Origin: Clostridia bacterium
Lineage (GTDB): Bacteria > CBDUZB01 > JAGLHV01
DNA length: 50,138 nt
Assembly (NCBI GenBank): GCA_030637025.1
Contig: DAOVVV010000001.1
Coordinates: 1 to 50,138, forward strand
Direction: 5' to 3'
Shown: in pieces, positions 47,355 to 50,138 of the stretch
Numbering within the stretch: the first letter of the stretch is position 1
Layout of the letters: every line of letters starts with the position of its first letter
The notes under the pieces: model-generated
Database searches by the model: none
What the model saw: only the letters and a program-made list of their open reading frames with translations
What the model was told of the DNA's origin: nothing
Program-made: the position numbers and the translations under genes

Positions 47355-48372
47355 CCCACCTAAGAGGTTCAAAAGCCTTTAAATCACGAATAACTTTTTT
47401 CCCTATGATTTTATGAAAATACTTGGGCTCCAGTCCCCCGGCCGGACGCTTAATTTCCAGATGTTCTTCTTTCAAAATCTCCCCTTTTGAAACATCCCCG
47501 GCAACGTGTATACTCCTATACATCTTCTTTCCTGCCTTTTCATCCGGTCGTCCGGAAACTTCAGTTAATCCCATTTCGATATCACGAATTCCTTGTACCA
47601 AATCCTTCAAGTCATCAGGTTCGAGAGAGAAAAAATGATCCGGCCCCTCTAAGTTTCTATCAATGGTTATATGTTTTTCGATAATCTTTGCTCCAAGAGT
47701 AATTGCTGCAAATGTACCATAGTTGCGAAAAGAATGGTCGGAAAAACCAATTGGCAGGCTATATTTAGATTTTAAATACTCAATTTTACGAATATTCATA
47801 TCCTTCGGCTCTGTGGGGTAATTTGAAATACAGTGCAATACAGCAATATCTTGTCTATCAGGATATCCAATTACAGAAAGTGCTTCATTTATTTCATTAT
47901 CCTGAGCCATACCGGTAGAAATAATTATTGGCAAACTAAATGTTCTTATTATTTCTAAAAAGGGAATATTATTATTATCCATTGAAGCAATTTTTAATGC
48001 ATCAGCTCCTATATCAACCAAAAAACGCGCACGTTCTACACTACAGGGGGTTGCTATAAAGGCCATCCCCAAATGATGTGTTAAGTCTACCAACTCAGGA
48101 TACCATTCAAAAGGCAGCATAATTGAATCTAAGAATTCATACCAGTATTTATATTTACTCGCCTGAGAACATTTATAATCCGTAGATAACTGTCCTTTTG
48201 AAGCTATATCAAGGCCGGAAAATGTCTGGAATTTTACTGCCTGAACCCCTGCTTCAGCTGCGATATGAATAAGCTTTTTTGCCTGTTCTTTTTTCTGATT
48301 GTGATTATTAGCTATTTCAGCAATAACAAAACAAGGTAATTCTTTTTTAATAATAAAATTTCCTATTTTCAC
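47341..48372 (-). CDS. NeuB/PseI/LegI-family nonulosonate synthase with SAF domain
   Basis: IAEIANNHN, AVKFQTF, KIASMD, STGM, HCISNYP, GFSDHS, IEKHIT..GPDH; C-terminal RSI...KRPAGGLEP. Confidence 0.92.
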   Translation of the reverse strand: MKIGNFIIKKELPCFVIAEIANNHNQKKEQAKKLIHIAAEAGVQAVKFQTFSGLDIASKGQLSTDYKCSQASKYKYWYEFLDSIMLPFEWYPELVDLTHHLGMAFIATPCSVERARFLVDIGADALKIASMDNNNIPFLEIIRTFSLPIIISTGMAQDNEINEALSVIGYPDRQDIAVLHCISNYPTEPKDMNIRKIEYLKSKYSLPIGFSDHSFRNYGTFAAITLGAKIIEKHITIDRNLEGPDHFFSLEPDDLKDLVQGIRDIEMGLTEVSGRPDEKAGKKMYRSIHVAGDVSKGEILKEEHLEIKRPAGGLEPKYFHKIIGKKVIRDLKAFEPLRWDDLE

Positions 48373-49430
48373 TCTTTTTTCTCCTCTACATATTTACCCC
48401 TAACAAGAGAAATCCTATCATTAAATATTTCTTTTTCTTTCCCGGTAAGTACTAACCCATCCCCCTTAGCAATCCCAATAATTCTTTCCGGATTTCCGGC
48501 ATTATCTACAATAACATCTCCATAACATCCTATCATTCCTCCACTAACCAGTGAAAAACCTTCCTTAAGTCTACGTTTTGCAATAACATCAACTATCTTT
48601 CGGAATTCATAACGGGAAACCATCATGCCGTTAAAACCGGGTTTTGATAGAAGACAAATAATAGGAATATTTTTTTCCCCGGCTTTATGTATCGCTTTAT
48701 CAGTCACTGTTTTTAACCCCGCATCTATCACAAAACCATCTTCTTCTAACTTGTCAATCATCTCAACAGTAACAACAGGAATACCGTTAGTTACCCCGAC
48801 AATAACTAAATAGTTTTTTTTTATAATCTGTTCTTTTCGAATATGATGCAAGCGACCATTACACCCTCTTGCAACCATAGTATTGATTGATTCCACAACA
48901 TGTTGACTTCTTTCTTCATCACAATCACAAATATAAACATCCATTCCATACTCAACAAGTATCCCGGCTATTTTTGCACCAAGATGTCCTGCTCCTATCA
49001 CACATGCCCCTCGTCCGGAAAAATCTATATTTTTTATCCTACAATAATTAGTAAAAAAATATTCAAAGGCATTTGCAGTAATGGCATTGCCTCTAAAATA
49101 TCCAAGGGTACTTTTCTTTATACCCTTTCGAATAATATCATGCATCTTAATGCATGAAGATTTTTTTCCCTCAATATCAATCAAAATTTCATTAACCCGG
49201 CCATCAATAATTCCAACTATCTCATCTAAATCACAGACATTCGAAATCATAATATTTCCGCACACATAAGAAACCCCTTCTCTGATAGATGAAAAGAAAT
49301 AGTCTTCATTCCCCACATTCATTGTTGTACCAATACAAAAAACCGAATGTTTTTGTGTTGTATCTGCTTTTCTGCTAATTTCAGCAATCAATTCGCAAAG
49401 TTTATTTTTGATGTTTTGTTTTAGTCCCAT
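48369..49430 (-). CDS. Hypothetical NAD(P)-binding protein
   Basis: Internal Rossmann motif VIGAGHLG...YICD; C-terminal VSGG.IG..GDVIVD...IGIA.GDG; stop overlaps the neuB start. Confidence 0.6.
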   Translation of the reverse strand: MGLKQNIKNKLCELIAEISRKADTTQKHSVFCIGTTMNVGNEDYFFSSIREGVSYVCGNIMISNVCDLDEIVGIIDGRVNEILIDIEGKKSSCIKMHDIIRKGIKKSTLGYFRGNAITANAFEYFFTNYCRIKNIDFSGRGACVIGAGHLGAKIAGILVEYGMDVYICDCDEERSQHVVESINTMVARGCNGRLHHIRKEQIIKKNYLVIVGVTNGIPVVTVEMIDKLEEDGFVIDAGLKTVTDKAIHKAGEKNIPIICLLSKPGFNGMMVSRYEFRKIVDVIAKRRLKEGFSLVSGGMIGCYGDVIVDNAGNPERIIGIAKGDGLVLTGKEKEIFNDRISLVRGKYVEEKKE

Positions 49431-49436
49431 TTCCGT

Positions 49437-50138
49437 TTACCTTTTCCGATATCGTTGAATAATTAATTCAACTACTTTTGCTGCACCATTTCCATCTATC
49501 TCTTCCATTCCACAGAGCGAGAGTTTTTTTCTTGACCGGGAATCATCAAGAACTTTGTGAAGTGCCCGGGAAAAACTTTCATTTTTTAATTCACTCAAAC
49601 GGCCAAGATTAATTACACAAAAACGTTCGGCTAAACGCCCGGCAGTCTCTAATTCTTTTTCTTCATCTGTAAGTGTTATAGAAGGCACACCCATACACAG
49701 GAGTTCGAATATACTTAAACCGCATCCGGATATCGCAGCAGCACATTCTATCATTATCTCAGGCATATTGGAAACATTCTGTCTTAAGTCAACTTCTATA
49801 TCAACTTCTTCTATTGTTTTTTTCATATCCTTATAATGAGCATACGCTTTTCCTACAACAGGAACAGCAATAATATCTTTTCTTACTTCGTTTAATTTCC
49901 TTACAATGCGGGTTATACCATTCCAGCCATCAACTCCTCCCTGTAAAATAAGGATTCTTTTTTTTTCAGACAAATCCGGTTTTGTTTTATATTTCTCCCG
50001 GCAGGCAACGAACTCCCGCCGTAACGGCATATATCCTGGAGCAGCGTATACACTAACACTACTATCTTCCATAGAGAAAAGTGGAACATATAAGGGATTA
50101 AAAGCAATATCCGCCTCACGCACCCCTTCACCGCTATC
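49437..50138 (-). CDS. PseG/SpsG-family NDP-sugar hydrolase (GT28-like C-terminal half), 5' end outside the window
   Basis: Y.PLRREF, QGGVD, NMPEIM...AISGCGLSIFELLCMGVPSI, IDGNGA; the frame stays open to the window edge. Confidence 0.8.
   Translation of the reverse strand, partial: DSGEGVREADIAFNPLYVPLFSMEDSSVSVYAAPGYMPLRREFVACREKYKTKPDLSEKKRILILQGGVDGWNGITRIVRKLNEVRKDIIAVPVVGKAYAHYKDMKKTIEEVDIEVDLRQNVSNMPEIMIECAAAISGCGLSIFELLCMGVPSITLTDEEKELETAGRLAERFCVINLGRLSELKNESFSRALHKVLDDSRSRKKLSLCGMEEIDGNGAAKVVELIIQRYRKR

Noticed and set aside
773-49269. Numerous short + strand ORFs in the ORF track (e.g. 773-988, 8184-8504, 14324-14743, 31262-31669, 40780-41145)
   Set aside because: They lie antisense to well-supported minus-strand genes and have no recognisable motifs; treated as shadow ORFs.
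44064-50138. Apparent GC/codon shift suggesting a separately acquired module
   Set aside because: Only an impression from spot inspection; it needs a sliding-window GC and codon-usage calculation before it can be claimed.

Overview
AT-rich bacterial DNA from a probable LPS-bearing (kdsB, rfaE), likely anaerobic organism (five radical SAM enzymes). Every credible complete gene lies on the minus strand. From ~50.1 kb down to ~5.5 kb the window is one very large surface-glycan locus. It holds two NeuB-type nonulosonate synthases, three NeuA/SpsF-type cytidylyltransferases, three SPASM/twitch and two B12-dependent radical SAM enzymes, a class IV aminotransferase, WbqC, a GNAT, a methyltransferase, SDRs, a HAD, a cyclase, an MsbA/PglK-like ABC flippase, an AsnB-type amidotransferase, GT2/GT4 enzymes, three GT-C membrane transferases, a WecA-like initiator and a TPR-bearing WaaL-like ligase. 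These are followed by an orphan LeuC/HacA-type subunit, a DUF3108 lipoprotein, rfaE1 and kdsB. The three largest intergenic gaps (~99-520, ~3460-4100, ~19300-19835) are mosaics of nested non-coding modules. The most striking is a 168-nt rod-shaped element present in three full copies plus a half copy. Its copies differ by compensatory and G-T/G-U-consistent substitutions that support folding on the + strand only, antisense to all genes. It is accompanied by GTAG-type REP hairpins, a 25-nt filled/empty-site mini-insertion and 7-nt-period repeat arrays, some of which appear to have entered coding sequence. The first ~98 nt look like the right end of an IS4-family element. No rRNA, tRNA or CRISPR array was seen. 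Functional calls come from motif recognition only; no database searches were run.
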